This document shows, in pieces, positions 40,890 through 50,813 of a stretch of DNA of 64,000 bases. The position numbers and the translations under genes were made by a program. The DNA is from Actinomycetes bacterium. GTDB lineage: Bacteria > Actinomycetota > Acidimicrobiia > Acidimicrobiales > Bog-793. Location: contig JAJZMK010000053.1 in assembly GCA_021798275.1 (NCBI GenBank), positions 1,564 through 65,563 on the forward strand, given 5' to 3'. Every line of letters starts with the position of its first letter. The stretch's first letter is position 1. Under the pieces are notes generated by a model. It was given only the letters and a program-made list of their open reading frames with translations, did no database searches and had not been told where the DNA came from.

Positions 40890-41651
40890 GTGTTATGTAT
40901 ACCGGCAATGGATCTCTCGGGCGGACAGGTAGTTCGTCTTTATCAAGGTCGTTTTGACCAAGAAACAGGATATGGGGACCCGTTTGTCATTGCCGACAAT
41001 CTGGCTGCGGTTGGAGCCGAGAGAATCCACATAGTTGATCTTGATGCCGCAAAAACAGGCCAAGACTCAAATTATGCCTTGGTAAAAAAAATCGTCAAAG
41101 CTCTTGCCGATTTTCAGATCGAGATCGAATTCGGCGGGGGAATCAGAGATAGGGACAGGGTAGAAATGCTCTATGACGCAGGTATTGACTATCTGATCCT
41201 GGGGACAGTTCTCGTTGGCGATTTCGATTTGGCGGCTGATATTATCAGTGAATATCCCGATAAAGTGATAGCCGGACTTGACTACAAAAAGAGGGTCTCT
41301 ATGGCAACAGGTATAGGAGAAGTGGCCGTTAGCGGTTGGCAAGACAATACTTCTGTTTCCGTCGAGGAGATGCTGAAAAAGCTTGCACCGCTACCCGTTT
41401 CCTCGATATTGCTGACCGATATTTCCAAAGACGGGACAATGGCCGGTCCGGATATCAAAGGATATGAACAGATATTGGCCTATACCGACCACAAGGTGAT
41501 CGCTTCGGGAGGGGTAGGATCGCTTATGGACTTGGTAAATTTATCAGAAATCGTAAGCGCCGGTAAGTCTCTCTTTGCGGTAGTTGTAGGAAAAGCTCTA
41601 TTGGCGGGCAGTATTAATTTGGAAGAGGCGATCTCGATTTGCAAAGCATAA
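40890..41651 (+). CDS. hisA: ProFAR isomerase (HisA; possibly PriA-type)
   Basis: '[14 protein letters not shown]', 'GGGIRD', 'ASGGVGS'. GTG start. Confidence 0.85.
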   Translation: MLCIPAMDLSGGQVVRLYQGRFDQETGYGDPFVIADNLAAVGAERIHIVDLDAAKTGQDSNYALVKKIVKALADFQIEIEFGGGIRDRDRVEMLYDAGIDYLILGTVLVGDFDLAADIISEYPDKVIAGLDYKKRVSMATGIGEVAVSGWQDNTSVSVEEMLKKLAPLPVSSILLTDISKDGTMAGPDIKGYEQILAYTDHKVIASGGVGSLMDLVNLSEIVSAGKSLFAVVVGKALLAGSINLEEAISICKA

Positions 41652-42418
41652 GAATTATTCCTTGTCTGGATGTGGATATGGGACGTGTCGTTAAAGGGAT
41701 TAATTTTGTCAGTTTAAAAGACGCCGGAGATCCAGTCGAGCTTTCCGAGGCTTATGAACGACAGGGAGCCGATGAATTAATTTTCCTCGACATCACGGCT
41801 TCAAGCGGAGAGCGCGATATCTTGATAGACGTTGTCCGTAAAGCAGCAGATACCGTATTTATTCCCCTGACCGTTGGGGGTGGCATACGAAGTGTCAAAG
41901 ACGCGGAAAAATTACTACGGGCAGGGGCCGATAAAGTGGCCGTAAACTCAGCAGCGATAGCAGATCCTACCCTTATCTCCGATATTGCTTACAAGTTTGG
42001 CAATCAATGCGTTGTGGTAGCAATTGATGTATCTAAAAAACTTGATCAAGCGGGAGAAGTTATTTTTGAAGTCTATACTCACGGCGGACGCCATGGCACG
42101 GGTCAAGATGTCAGACAGTGGGCGACGAAGGCGCAAGAGCTGGGAGCTGGAGAATTACTGATCACGTCAATGGACAAAGACGGCACTAAAGATGGCTATG
42201 ATCTGGAGTTACTTTCTCTGATACATGAGATAACGAATTTACCCGTTATAGCTTCGGGAGGAGCGGGCAAATTGGAGCATATGTTGGAAGCCGTACAGAC
42301 GGCACATGCCGATGCTCTCCTAGCGGCTTCCATTTTTCATTTCGGCGAAATAAGTATAAAAGAGGTTAAAGATTACTTAACAGCCAATGGGCTGTCGGTA
42401 AGGCCGATACCGGTGTGA
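41639..42418 (+). CDS. hisF: Imidazole glycerol phosphate synthase, cyclase subunit
   Basis: 'RIIPCLDV', 'LTVGGGIRS', '[12 protein letters not shown]', 'ASGGAG'. It overlaps the end of hisA. Confidence 0.95.
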   Translation: MQSIRIIPCLDVDMGRVVKGINFVSLKDAGDPVELSEAYERQGADELIFLDITASSGERDILIDVVRKAADTVFIPLTVGGGIRSVKDAEKLLRAGADKVAVNSAAIADPTLISDIAYKFGNQCVVVAIDVSKKLDQAGEVIFEVYTHGGRHGTGQDVRQWATKAQELGAGELLITSMDKDGTKDGYDLELLSLIHEITNLPVIASGGAGKLEHMLEAVQTAHADALLAASIFHFGEISIKEVKDYLTANGLSVRPIPV

Positions 42419-42530
42419 TGTCTTAGGTATGCGTTAGAATTGTATAAAAATAAGATATAAAGGTATGAGTTCTTGGCTGAAAGCACTGCTTTCGCGACAG
42501 AGCGCTAAATAAGGATTCGAGAACTATAAA

Positions 42531-42860
42531 GTGACATTAGGGCAGGGAAACAGGCAATCGGTTACGATGCTAAACGACAGAGTGTTGGTTCAAGTTCCCC
42601 CTTCTCAAGGGGAGCGTCGTTCGCGCGCCGGAATGATAATTCCGGCTACGGCTCAAGTTGCCAAGCGACTCAGTTGGTCAGAAGTGGTGGCGGTAGGGCC
42701 GAGCACCCGCAGTGTTAAAGTAGGCGATACCGTGTTGTTTAATGCCGACGAGTGTGCCGAAGTCGAGGTCAAGGGCGAAACGTACTTACTGCTGCGTGAA
42801 CGCGATATTCACGCTTTGGCTGCCGAGAGGAATGATTTTGGCACGGGTCTCTATCTTTAG
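42531..42860 (+). CDS. Stand-alone GroES/Cpn10-fold protein (divergent)
   Basis: 'LNDRVLVQV...AGMIIPATA...SEVVAVGP...VKVGDTVLF...EVEVKGETYLLLRERDIHAL' follows the Cpn10 pattern. The start may be the ATG at 42567. Confidence 0.6.
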   Translation: MTLGQGNRQSVTMLNDRVLVQVPPSQGERRSRAGMIIPATAQVAKRLSWSEVVAVGPSTRSVKVGDTVLFNADECAEVEVKGETYLLLRERDIHALAAERNDFGTGLYL

Positions 42861-42889
42861 AGCCTATTGCCTACAAGCGGTAATCAAAG

Positions 42890-42905
42890 CGGATTATAAA
42901 ATCCG
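42890..42905 (+). terminator. Weak 6-bp hairpin (cggatt-ataa-aatccg) after the GroES-like gene
   Basis: Read directly. Short stem, followed only by tt. Confidence 0.25.
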
Positions 42906-42994
42906 TTCATCTCAAAATTGCGTAAAAAGCTATGTATCACATCCGGGTATATAATACTATCTGGTGATCATGAGAGACGGGAGATTAAACCGGA

Positions 42995-43342
42995 ATGGTA
43001 AGTAGCGATGCGCTAAAAGATATTCACTATGATAAAGACGGACTTATCCCTGCCGTCGTACAAGAAGTCGATACCCTGGAAGTTTTGATGGTTGCCTATA
43101 TGAACGAAGAGGCTTTGAGAAAAACTTTGGAGAGCGGACGCAGCTGGTTTTACAGCCGCAGTAGACAAGAGCTCTGGTGTAAGGGAGAAACTAGCGGTAA
43201 TAGGCAATGGGTAAAAAAAGTTTATTATGATTGCGACGCCGATGTCATTTTACTTATGGTCACCCAAGAGGGTCCGGCCTGTCACACCGGAGAGCGCTCC
43301 TGCTTTTTTAGATCGTTGGAGATAAATGCCGATACATTGTAA
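42995..43342 (+). CDS. hisI: Phosphoribosyl-AMP cyclohydrolase
   Basis: 'GLIPAVVQE', '[16 protein letters not shown]', '[11 protein letters not shown]'. Confidence 0.9.
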   Translation: MVSSDALKDIHYDKDGLIPAVVQEVDTLEVLMVAYMNEEALRKTLESGRSWFYSRSRQELWCKGETSGNRQWVKKVYYDCDADVILLMVTQEGPACHTGERSCFFRSLEINADTL

Positions 43343-43555
43343 ATCGTTCAAAGCAAAAATTCCTGTTTTGAGATAACGAAGTAGGCATATTTTTTTCAGT
43401 CGATGCCTCCGGTGATGAAGCAAGGTAGGATGCCGGCAAGTGTTTGAATGGTCATAGTCCATTTGGGACAAGTATATTTAAAATTAAAAACTATTGATGC
43501 TAAGCTTTTGTCCGGATGCAGGAAATGACGCTATACCAAGAGTTACGGAGTCCAC

Positions 43556-45244
43556 ATGGATAATTTCGGAGGAAAAAGCAGTCCAGGCTTTGAGGGTTTC
43601 AAAGACCTGGCATCTAAATTTACGGTTGTGCCGGTCTGGAGAGAACTTTTAGCTGATGCCGTCACCCCGGTAGATGCCTTCCGTCTCCTGGTGGGAAACA
43701 GAGACGGTTTTTTACTTGAATCAGCTGACCATAGTGGGAAGTTTGGCCGTTATTCGTTTGTGGGTAGGGCACCGGCCGCCACTATTATCTCCGAGTCGAG
43801 CACCGTTGAAGTCATTGCCGGGACGCTACCTTCGGCCATGCGTCTCAATAACGGTGTTTTGAGCTGTCTGGAAGAGCTTCTTTTGAAATTTAAGTCTCCA
43901 CTTATAGACGAATTGCCACCCCTGCAGGGTGGAATCGTGGGTTATTTAGGATACGACGTGATTCGGGAAGTGGAAAAGCTTCCTCCGGAAAAAAACGATC
44001 CGAGGAATATACCAAATGCCGTCCTGTCCATTATAGGGGAACTGGTGGCTTTTGATCATCACCGTTCCAGGATGGTTTTAATTGACAATGTTTTGATGCC
44101 GTCCCCCGTTACCCCCGTGGAACAGAATCCTTTGGTGTCCGGAGACGGTTATCTCGGAACGGCAAATACCATATCTTTAAATGAAAACTGGCTCAGAGCC
44201 GCTTATGCTACAGCGGAAGGACACTTGGACGGATTGCAGCACGATTTGGAAAAACCCTCCGTATATCCGCTTTCGAATCCACCGGATCGCAATGCCGTTT
44301 TGTCCGAAGAATATATACATAGGGTAACCTCATCTGAAGATTATCAAGAAGCTGTTGTAAAAGCCAAAGAGTATATCAAGGCAGGCGATGCTTTTCAGAT
44401 AGTCGTTTCGCAGCGGTTTGATATCGATTTAGATGTCGATCCTTTCGATGTCTATAGAGTGCTGAGACAGGTAAATCCAAGTCCTTATATGTATTTTTTG
44501 CGACAAGGAGGCGTAACTATAGTCGGAGCCTCTCCGGAGTCGTTGGTAAAACTGAATCAAGGCAGAGTGATATCAAGGCCGATAGCAGGAACCAGAAGAA
44601 GGGGTGCCAGTCAGGAGGAGGACCAGAAGTTGATAGCGGACATGCTGGCTGACCCGAAAGAAAAAGCAGAGCACGTTATGTTGCTTGACCTTGCCAGAAA
44701 CGACTTAGGTCGCATTGTCAATTTTGGCAGTGAACATGTGGAAGAGCAGATGACCATCGAATATTACAGTCACGTCCTGCATATGACTTCTCAAGTGTCC
44801 GGACAGTTAAAGGATAATTTGACACCTATCGATGTTTTGAGAGCTACCATGCCTGCCGGAACGGTTTCCGGGGCCCCTAAAGTAAGGGCAATGGAGATCA
44901 TAGACGAACTTGAATTGTCCAAGAGAGGTCCCTATGCCGGTGTGGTCGGTTATGTAGATTTCTCAGGTAATCTGGATACGGCTATTGCTATTAGGACTTT
45001 GGTCGTTGCCTCAGATGGTAGCGCTTCCGTTCAAGCGGGAGCCGGCATAGTGGCCGACAGCGTACCGGAAAAAGAAGATTTAGAGTGTATGGCCAAAGCT
45101 CAAGCCGTTTTTTCCGCCGTGGCGGGAGCCAAGATTATTGCCAAGGATAAAGCCAGATCGGCTCAGTCTATGGAAAATAACCACTCAGACGATAGCGATG
45201 ACGCCAATTCGTCCGACGTTATAGTATCGTCTGAGAGTAATTAG
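43556..45244 (+). CDS. trpE: Anthranilate synthase component I
   Basis: 'SPESLVK', 'IAGTRRRG', 'LLDLARND', 'GTVSGAPKVRAMEII', 'RGPYAGVVGY', 'AGAGIVADS'. Confidence 0.9.
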   Translation: MDNFGGKSSPGFEGFKDLASKFTVVPVWRELLADAVTPVDAFRLLVGNRDGFLLESADHSGKFGRYSFVGRAPAATIISESSTVEVIAGTLPSAMRLNNGVLSCLEELLLKFKSPLIDELPPLQGGIVGYLGYDVIREVEKLPPEKNDPRNIPNAVLSIIGELVAFDHHRSRMVLIDNVLMPSPVTPVEQNPLVSGDGYLGTANTISLNENWLRAAYATAEGHLDGLQHDLEKPSVYPLSNPPDRNAVLSEEYIHRVTSSEDYQEAVVKAKEYIKAGDAFQIVVSQRFDIDLDVDPFDVYRVLRQVNPSPYMYFLRQGGVTIVGASPESLVKLNQGRVISRPIAGTRRRGASQEEDQKLIADMLADPKEKAEHVMLLDLARNDLGRIVNFGSEHVEEQMTIEYYSHVLHMTSQVSGQLKDNLTPIDVLRATMPAGTVSGAPKVRAMEIIDELELSKRGPYAGVVGYVDFSGNLDTAIAIRTLVVASDGSASVQAGAGIVADSVPEKEDLECMAKAQAVFSAVAGAKIIAKDKARSAQSMENNHSDDSDDANSSDVIVSSESN

Positions 45245-45340
45245 ATATAGTGGCCGGTAGATACTTGGAGCGGCAATCAATTATTTCAAATTATATTAAT
45301 TACCTTATTATTTGAAGATGTCGCAGTTTGGAAATTTTAA

Positions 45341-46522
45341 ATGGAAGACATTAGTTTAGATATCAGACTGCAAAGTCTCTACAGTGCTATTTCCTATAGA
45401 TATGAAGATCACGATTTGATTTGGGTTATCGGAGACGATGCCCTCTCATACTTACAAGGGCAGATAACTCAGGATCTTGTAAAACAAACCCCTTGGGAAG
45501 ACAGACAGGCGTTTGCTCTGGAGCCGAAAGGACACGTTGATGCCCTCTTGTCGGTCAAGAAAATTAATGACAAGTGTTTTCTTCTCGGAGTAGACGCAGG
45601 GTTCGGTCCGGAATTGCTAGAGAGGCTCAAGAGATTTAAGATCCGGATAAAAGCTGACCTGATAGAAGACAAAGGATCGCGTCTTTATCTTTTCAATTTG
45701 GATGATACTCATAAATTGCAAACGGTATCTGGTCTATATCAGGATTATATTCTTTTTTACCTCTCGAAGATTCTACATAGATCAAAGTATCACTTTGATC
45801 TAGAAACCGTGCCGGATAGGCCGTCTCAGATGAGTGCAAATAAGCTCTGGAGTGGAGCTAGAGTATATGAGATTTTGATACCCAACTCTGGAGCATCGAT
45901 TGATATCGAAGACGGGATGCGACTTGCTATCGACTCCTTTGTCAACGAGTTTGCAATTATCGATAAAGAAACCTTTGATCTTGCCAGGATATGTTATGGC
46001 ATACCAAAGATGGGCTATGAAATTACAGATAAAGTTTTACCCGCTTCGTTGGGTATCAACGACAAGACCGTTGACTATGCAAAAGGTTGCTATACCGGAC
46101 AAGAATTGGTGGCCCGGCTTGATGCCAGAGGCAACAACGTTCCTTTTGCGTTGACGACGGTTGTGATTGAAAAGTTTTATACCGATCGTTTAGAAAAAGA
46201 CCAAAAAAGTTTTATCGACGATGAAAGCATCGAAAACGTAAGAAGAAACATGGATGCGGGAGAAATAAAAAAAGATTATAGAATTTTTTCCAACGATAAA
46301 GAGATAGGGCGGATAACAAGTCTTTCCGCTTCCAAAATCACACCCGGTCTACAGCTGGCTCTTGCTTTTGTAAAACGAGATATAAAACCAGGTGAATCAG
46401 TCGATATAATCTTTCAAAGCGCCGGGAGTACTGCTCCGCCTATATTGTACGGACAAGGGATACTTTCTCAAATACCGGTTGTCAACTGCTTTGGGGCCGA
46501 ACTCAAAGAGATTCCCAGCTGA
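45341..46522 (+). CDS. YgfZ/GcvT-like folate-binding protein
   Basis: 'KGCYTGQELVARL' matches the YgfZ KGCYxGQE motif. N-terminal GcvT-like fold pattern. Confidence 0.6.
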   Translation: MEDISLDIRLQSLYSAISYRYEDHDLIWVIGDDALSYLQGQITQDLVKQTPWEDRQAFALEPKGHVDALLSVKKINDKCFLLGVDAGFGPELLERLKRFKIRIKADLIEDKGSRLYLFNLDDTHKLQTVSGLYQDYILFYLSKILHRSKYHFDLETVPDRPSQMSANKLWSGARVYEILIPNSGASIDIEDGMRLAIDSFVNEFAIIDKETFDLARICYGIPKMGYEITDKVLPASLGINDKTVDYAKGCYTGQELVARLDARGNNVPFALTTVVIEKFYTDRLEKDQKSFIDDESIENVRRNMDAGEIKKDYRIFSNDKEIGRITSLSASKITPGLQLALAFVKRDIKPGESVDIIFQSAGSTAPPILYGQGILSQIPVVNCFGAELKEIPS

Positions 46523-46648
46523 TAATGGAGCAAAATCTCGTTTTTGCTTAGATATATGGTGCCGGTGCCAAAGTTTTTTAGGGAAGAAAACCCATGAATA
46601 CGGTAGCGGTTTTAGTCAGAGCACATCGATCTTGATGTTATGAGTACC

Positions 46649-46668
46649 CTACCGGGGCACCCCGGTAG
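46649..46668. other. GC-rich perfect hairpin ctaccgggg-ca-ccccggtag in the intergenic region
   Basis: Read directly. It lies 126 nt after the ygfZ-like stop and has no U-tract. Confidence 0.35.
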
Positions 46669-46764
46669 CCTAACTTGCTCATTTGACGGCGACTATTTGG
46701 AAATAAGTACAGTTTCTTGATATAAGCGTTTTACTTATGACCAATTTGCTGACAAACTGTTAAG

Positions 46765-47472
46765 ATGACCAATCCAGCCGATAAAACATCCATGCGACAC
46801 GAACACGGAACCATAGTTTTGGTTGAAGACGATATTCATATTGCCGAGCTCATCGACATTTATTTACGCGATGCTGGTTTTCGCGTTTTGCAAGCTACCG
46901 ACGGAGAACGAGGACTGGAGCTGATTAAGCTACAGCAACCGGATCTGGTGATATTGGATATAGGTTTACCAGGTGAACTTGACGGTTTAGAGGTCTGCCG
47001 GGAACTGAGAAAAACAACGGAGATACCTATAGTTATCTTAACGGCCCGTGATGATGAAATAGACCGCATTATAGGTTTGGAATTAGGGGCCGATGACTAT
47101 GTCACAAAACCTTTTGCGCCGCGCGAATTGGCAGCGCGGATAAAAGCGATTTTAAGGCGTTCTGACAGAAAACCAAGGACGGGAGAAGGGCCGTTTCACA
47201 TAGGTAATATTGTGGTAGACGTAGTACGGCGTGAAGTAACCCTCAATGGCGATATTGTGCAGTTGACGGCCAGGGAGTTCGACTTGCTGGCACATTTTGC
47301 CGAACACGTCGGGATAGCATATACCCGCCAGCAATTACTTGATGCCGTCTGGGGTAGTGGTTGGTACGGCGACGAAAGAACCGTTGACGTGCACGTACGA
47401 CAACTTAGACGTAAATTGGGTGATGATTTTCCGCTTACAACCGTATGGGGAGTCGGCTATCGCTGTGGCTGA
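46765..47472 (+). CDS. OmpR-family response regulator
   Basis: Receiver 'LVEDD', 'LVILDIGLPG', 'TKPF'. Winged helix 'LTAREFDLL', 'VWGVGYR'. Confidence 0.9.
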   Translation: MTNPADKTSMRHEHGTIVLVEDDIHIAELIDIYLRDAGFRVLQATDGERGLELIKLQQPDLVILDIGLPGELDGLEVCRELRKTTEIPIVILTARDDEIDRIIGLELGADDYVTKPFAPRELAARIKAILRRSDRKPRTGEGPFHIGNIVVDVVRREVTLNGDIVQLTAREFDLLAHFAEHVGIAYTRQQLLDAVWGSGWYGDERTVDVHVRQLRRKLGDDFPLTTVWGVGYRCG

Positions 47473-47490
47473 TCAGGTTGATAGGCCGTA

Positions 47491-48945
47491 ATGAGAACCA
47501 GAATTACCATAGCGATGGTGGTTATTTTGGTCGTGGCTTTGGCCCTGGCAGGTACGATAAGCTTTATTCTGGTACGTAATGCCGACAAGCAAAATGCCGT
47601 GTCTGGGGTACTCGCACAAGCCACCACTACCGCCGACGAAATAAAAAACACCTCTTATTTGGACGGCCTTAATCTCAACCTGCTCAGTGAAATACTTTAT
47701 TCCATCGGTCAGATAGCCGGAGACAAAAGCGCCGGAATTTTGGTTGTCTCCAATAATCATTTGGAAGACAAACTGCCTGACGGTATTAATGTATCTGATC
47801 TCAACATGGCTCAGTTGGAAAAAGGCAAACCCATATCGGGAGCGATCGGGAATCTGGCGTTCGCCGTTGCTCCCTATAGCGTCACTAAAGCGGCCGGTGG
47901 TAAAGTTATAAGCTCCATATTACTGATCAATCAGATAGCATTTTCTTACGGGAGTGTAAAATACTTTACCTTAGCTGGTCTTATCGCTCTTTTGGTTGCT
48001 GTCGTAGGAACTTTGTATACGACGAAAAGAATTTCAAACCACGTAGTAAGGGCAGCCAAAGCAGCCAATGCAATTGCCTCCGGTGATCTGGATACGAGGA
48101 TTACGAGATCGAAAGGCGACTATCCGGAACTTATTTTACTGGAAGCTGCGATCAATACGATGGCGGAAAAAGTCTCCCAATCAAGGCAACTTGAAAGACA
48201 ATTTCTTCTTTCAATCTCTCATGATTTGAGGACGCCTTTGACTTCGATACGCGGTTTTGCCGAGGCTATTGCAGACAACGTGGCTCCCGATCCTTCCAAA
48301 GCGGCCGAAGTACTCGTTGCCGAATCTTCCAGATTGGAAAGACTGATCAGAGATCTTTTGGATTTGGCATACTTAGAGGCCAGACGTTTTTCTCTCCGGC
48401 TTGACGTTATGGATGCCGTGAGCTGTGTGCAGCAAACAGCCACTTCTTTTACGATGGAGGCTAGGCAGTCCATGGTGGATATAACTTTTTATGCCGATCA
48501 AGATACAATTCTTGCCTTGGCAGACGGCGACAGGTTATCTCAGGTGGTGGCCAATTTAATACAAAACGCCTTGAAGTTTACCAAGTCTAAAATTGTAATT
48601 ATGGTAAGCGACAGTATAAACCCACTGTTGGTTGAAAATCAATCGTATAAAAATTCCGCTCTTTATAAAAATTACGGCAAGAAAAAGTACTTTTATATCC
48701 ATGTGGAAGATGACGGTCTTGGGATTGCCGAAGAGGACTTGCCCCACGTTTTTGAAAGATTGTATACTTCCGACAGAAGGGTACTAAGAGAAGGTAAAGG
48801 AACCGGTCTTGGCCTGGCTATAGTAAAAGAATTAATCGAAGCCATGGGTGGGGAAGTATTTGTAACCTCTCCCGTAGAAAATAACAGAGGCACGGTTTTT
48901 ATAGTGGCTTTGGAGTGCTATGAACCGACAAGTGAGGAAGGTTGA
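47491..48945 (+). CDS. Sensor histidine kinase (2 TM, HAMP, HisKA, HATPase)
   Basis: H-box 'SISHDLRTPLTSI', N-box 'NLIQNALKFT', 'DDGLGI', 'GTGLGLAIV'. Confidence 0.9.
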   Translation: MRTRITIAMVVILVVALALAGTISFILVRNADKQNAVSGVLAQATTTADEIKNTSYLDGLNLNLLSEILYSIGQIAGDKSAGILVVSNNHLEDKLPDGINVSDLNMAQLEKGKPISGAIGNLAFAVAPYSVTKAAGGKVISSILLINQIAFSYGSVKYFTLAGLIALLVAVVGTLYTTKRISNHVVRAAKAANAIASGDLDTRITRSKGDYPELILLEAAINTMAEKVSQSRQLERQFLLSISHDLRTPLTSIRGFAEAIADNVAPDPSKAAEVLVAESSRLERLIRDLLDLAYLEARRFSLRLDVMDAVSCVQQTATSFTMEARQSMVDITFYADQDTILALADGDRLSQVVANLIQNALKFTKSKIVIMVSDSINPLLVENQSYKNSALYKNYGKKKYFYIHVEDDGLGIAEEDLPHVFERLYTSDRRVLREGKGTGLGLAIVKELIEAMGGEVFVTSPVENNRGTVFIVALECYEPTSEEG

Positions 48946-49005
48946 AATTCCCGTAGCGGCGAATCAAAAAACGGTTGTTCATACAAGTAACGTTTGGTAG
49001 GTTAA

Positions 49006-49827
49006 TTAAATAGCCGTTTGTTTTCCCAGGAGTTTTTGAACAGCCAGGCAACGGTCATTTTGGATGACAAGATTTTCTCCGACGAGAGCGGCATCGAAGC
49101 CTTCGGATCCTAAAAGTAGCATATCGGCGAATGAATTAATGCCGGATTCCGCTACGGTGATGATGTCGGTTCCTATGGATGAGCGTAGGCGTATGGCCCG
49201 TTTGGTATCTATGGCGAAGCTATGTAGGTCACGCTGGTTGATGCCTATGATCGCCGGTTTAATCGCCATTGCTCTTGCTAATTCATTTTCATCATGGATC
49301 TCCACCAAGACATCCATTGATAAGCTGAGAGCTGTCTCATGCATCGTTGCGAGTTCCTCGTCAGAAAGCGCCGCAACGATCAACAGGATGGCATCTGCGC
49401 CACGGATACGGCTGATCAAGACATCCTCTTTGGAAACCAAAAAGTCTTTTCGTAAAACAGGCAAGGCCACGGCATTTTTGACCTGTTCCAGGTAAGATAA
49501 GTGTCCCTTGAAATGAGGTTCATCTGTTAGTACAGAAATAGCGGAAGCTCCGCCGGATTCGTATTCTCTGGCGGTAGCTACGGGATCCAAGCCAATTTGG
49601 AGATTGCCTTTGGAGGGAGAATGTTTCTTGATTTCCGCTATCAGTCGCGGTATGTCTTCTGGCGTTTCCGTATTATTTTGTAGATGTGCCGAAAGACTCC
49701 GAGGTAGGCCGTTTGTAGTATTGTAGTCGTCGGCTTTTTTGACTAATTCATCGAGCGGTAAAGACTCCTTTTCTTTTAGAGCTCTTTCCCGATGGAAAGT
49801 TAGGATGTTGTCCAAATAAGTCGCCAC
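49006..49827 (-). CDS. trpC: Indole-3-glycerol phosphate synthase
   Basis: 'IAEIKKHSPSKG', 'ISVLTDEPHFKG', 'LRKDFL', 'GINQRDL'. I prefer the GTG at 49827 ('VATYLDNILTF') over the ORF-track start at 49956, but the start is uncertain. Confidence 0.85.
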   Translation of the reverse strand: MATYLDNILTFHRERALKEKESLPLDELVKKADDYNTTNGLPRSLSAHLQNNTETPEDIPRLIAEIKKHSPSKGNLQIGLDPVATAREYESGGASAISVLTDEPHFKGHLSYLEQVKNAVALPVLRKDFLVSKEDVLISRIRGADAILLIVAALSDEELATMHETALSLSMDVLVEIHDENELARAMAIKPAIIGINQRDLHSFAIDTKRAIRLRSSIGTDIITVAESGINSFADMLLLGSEGFDAALVGENLVIQNDRCLAVQKLLGKQTAI

Positions 49828-50000
49828 ACATACAACAATAGCCGCGGTTTTGCCCCCCGGAAAGTCAAGTGTGAAAGATCTGCATATGTAACGTTTTGAT
49901 GATAGCGATTTTTTAGAAATAAGTATAAATGCTTTATGAAATAGACCATTATGCAATTATTACCGACCAATGTCTCAGGCAAATATATCTCAGGCCAATA

Positions 50001-50017
50001 ATAACATTTAATGTTAT
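50001..50017. promoter_or_regulatory. AT-rich palindrome ATAACATT-t-AATGTTAT overlapping a TATAAT hexamer (50015-50020) in the divergent trpC/trpF spacer; candidate operator
   Basis: Read directly. The half-site AATGTTAT recurs at 50871-50878 upstream of trpB. Confidence 0.2.
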
Positions 50018-50195
50018 AATAGCTGTCAAAGGCAGTTGTAGCATAGAGGTAAGCTCTGGAAGTATGCAACCTATGATGGCAATGACTTTATTATGCAAGT
50101 AGTATTTAGTTACTAAGCAGATTCCTTGATGCGGACATGCATGTCTTGCCACAGGATTCTTTTTAGTCACATACTTTAGATCGGGGACTTTTGTA

Positions 50196-50813
50196 GTGTT
50201 TGTTAAAATTTGTGGTATTACAAATGAGACTGACGCATTGCTGGCTATTGCGCTTGGCGCCGATGCGATCGGTTTTGTATTTGCGCCTTCACCCAGACAG
50301 ATGAGGCCGAAGGCTGTAGCCGATATAGTCAAGAGATTGCCGGAGGACACCATGACTATCGGGGTATTTCGTAATATCCCAAGTGAGCAAGTGATAGAAG
50401 ATGTGTATACGGCAGGTTTAAAAGGGGCACAGCTACACGGGAGAGAAACAAAGCAAGACTGTAAAGAGATAGCATCTTCCGTATCGTTTGTTATCAAAGC
50501 TTTTTCTTTCGATATGCCACAACTGAGCGAAGCTAACGATTATCCCGTCCACGCAATCATGATTGACGGAGTCTCCCCAGGTTCCGGTGAAGTGTATGAT
50601 TACGATAGAGTCGGGTCATTCCCGATATCGTCCCGGCTGATATTGGCAGGGGGCCTGAATGCAGATAATGTTGCCGATGTCGTAAAAAAAGTACAACCTT
50701 GGGGAGTTGATGTATCAAGTGGCGTTGAAGAAAAACCCGGCATCAAAGACCCCAGAAAGCTTAGGTTATTTATAAAAAATGCAAAAGAAAGTTTAGATAA
50801 AAAGACCCATTGA
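50196..50813 (+). CDS. trpF: Phosphoribosylanthranilate isomerase
   Basis: 'FVKICGIT', 'GADAIGFVFAPSPRQ', 'LAGGL'. GTG start. Confidence 0.85.
   Translation: MFVKICGITNETDALLAIALGADAIGFVFAPSPRQMRPKAVADIVKRLPEDTMTIGVFRNIPSEQVIEDVYTAGLKGAQLHGRETKQDCKEIASSVSFVIKAFSFDMPQLSEANDYPVHAIMIDGVSPGSGEVYDYDRVGSFPISSRLILAGGLNADNVADVVKKVQPWGVDVSSGVEEKPGIKDPRKLRLFIKNAKESLDKKTH

Noticed and set aside
43343-43555. Possible trp attenuator / leader peptide upstream of trpE
   Set aside because: The short ORFs there (MKQGRMPASV*, MVIVHLGQVYLKLKTIDAKLLSGCRK*) contain no Trp codons. I saw no alternative hairpin pair.
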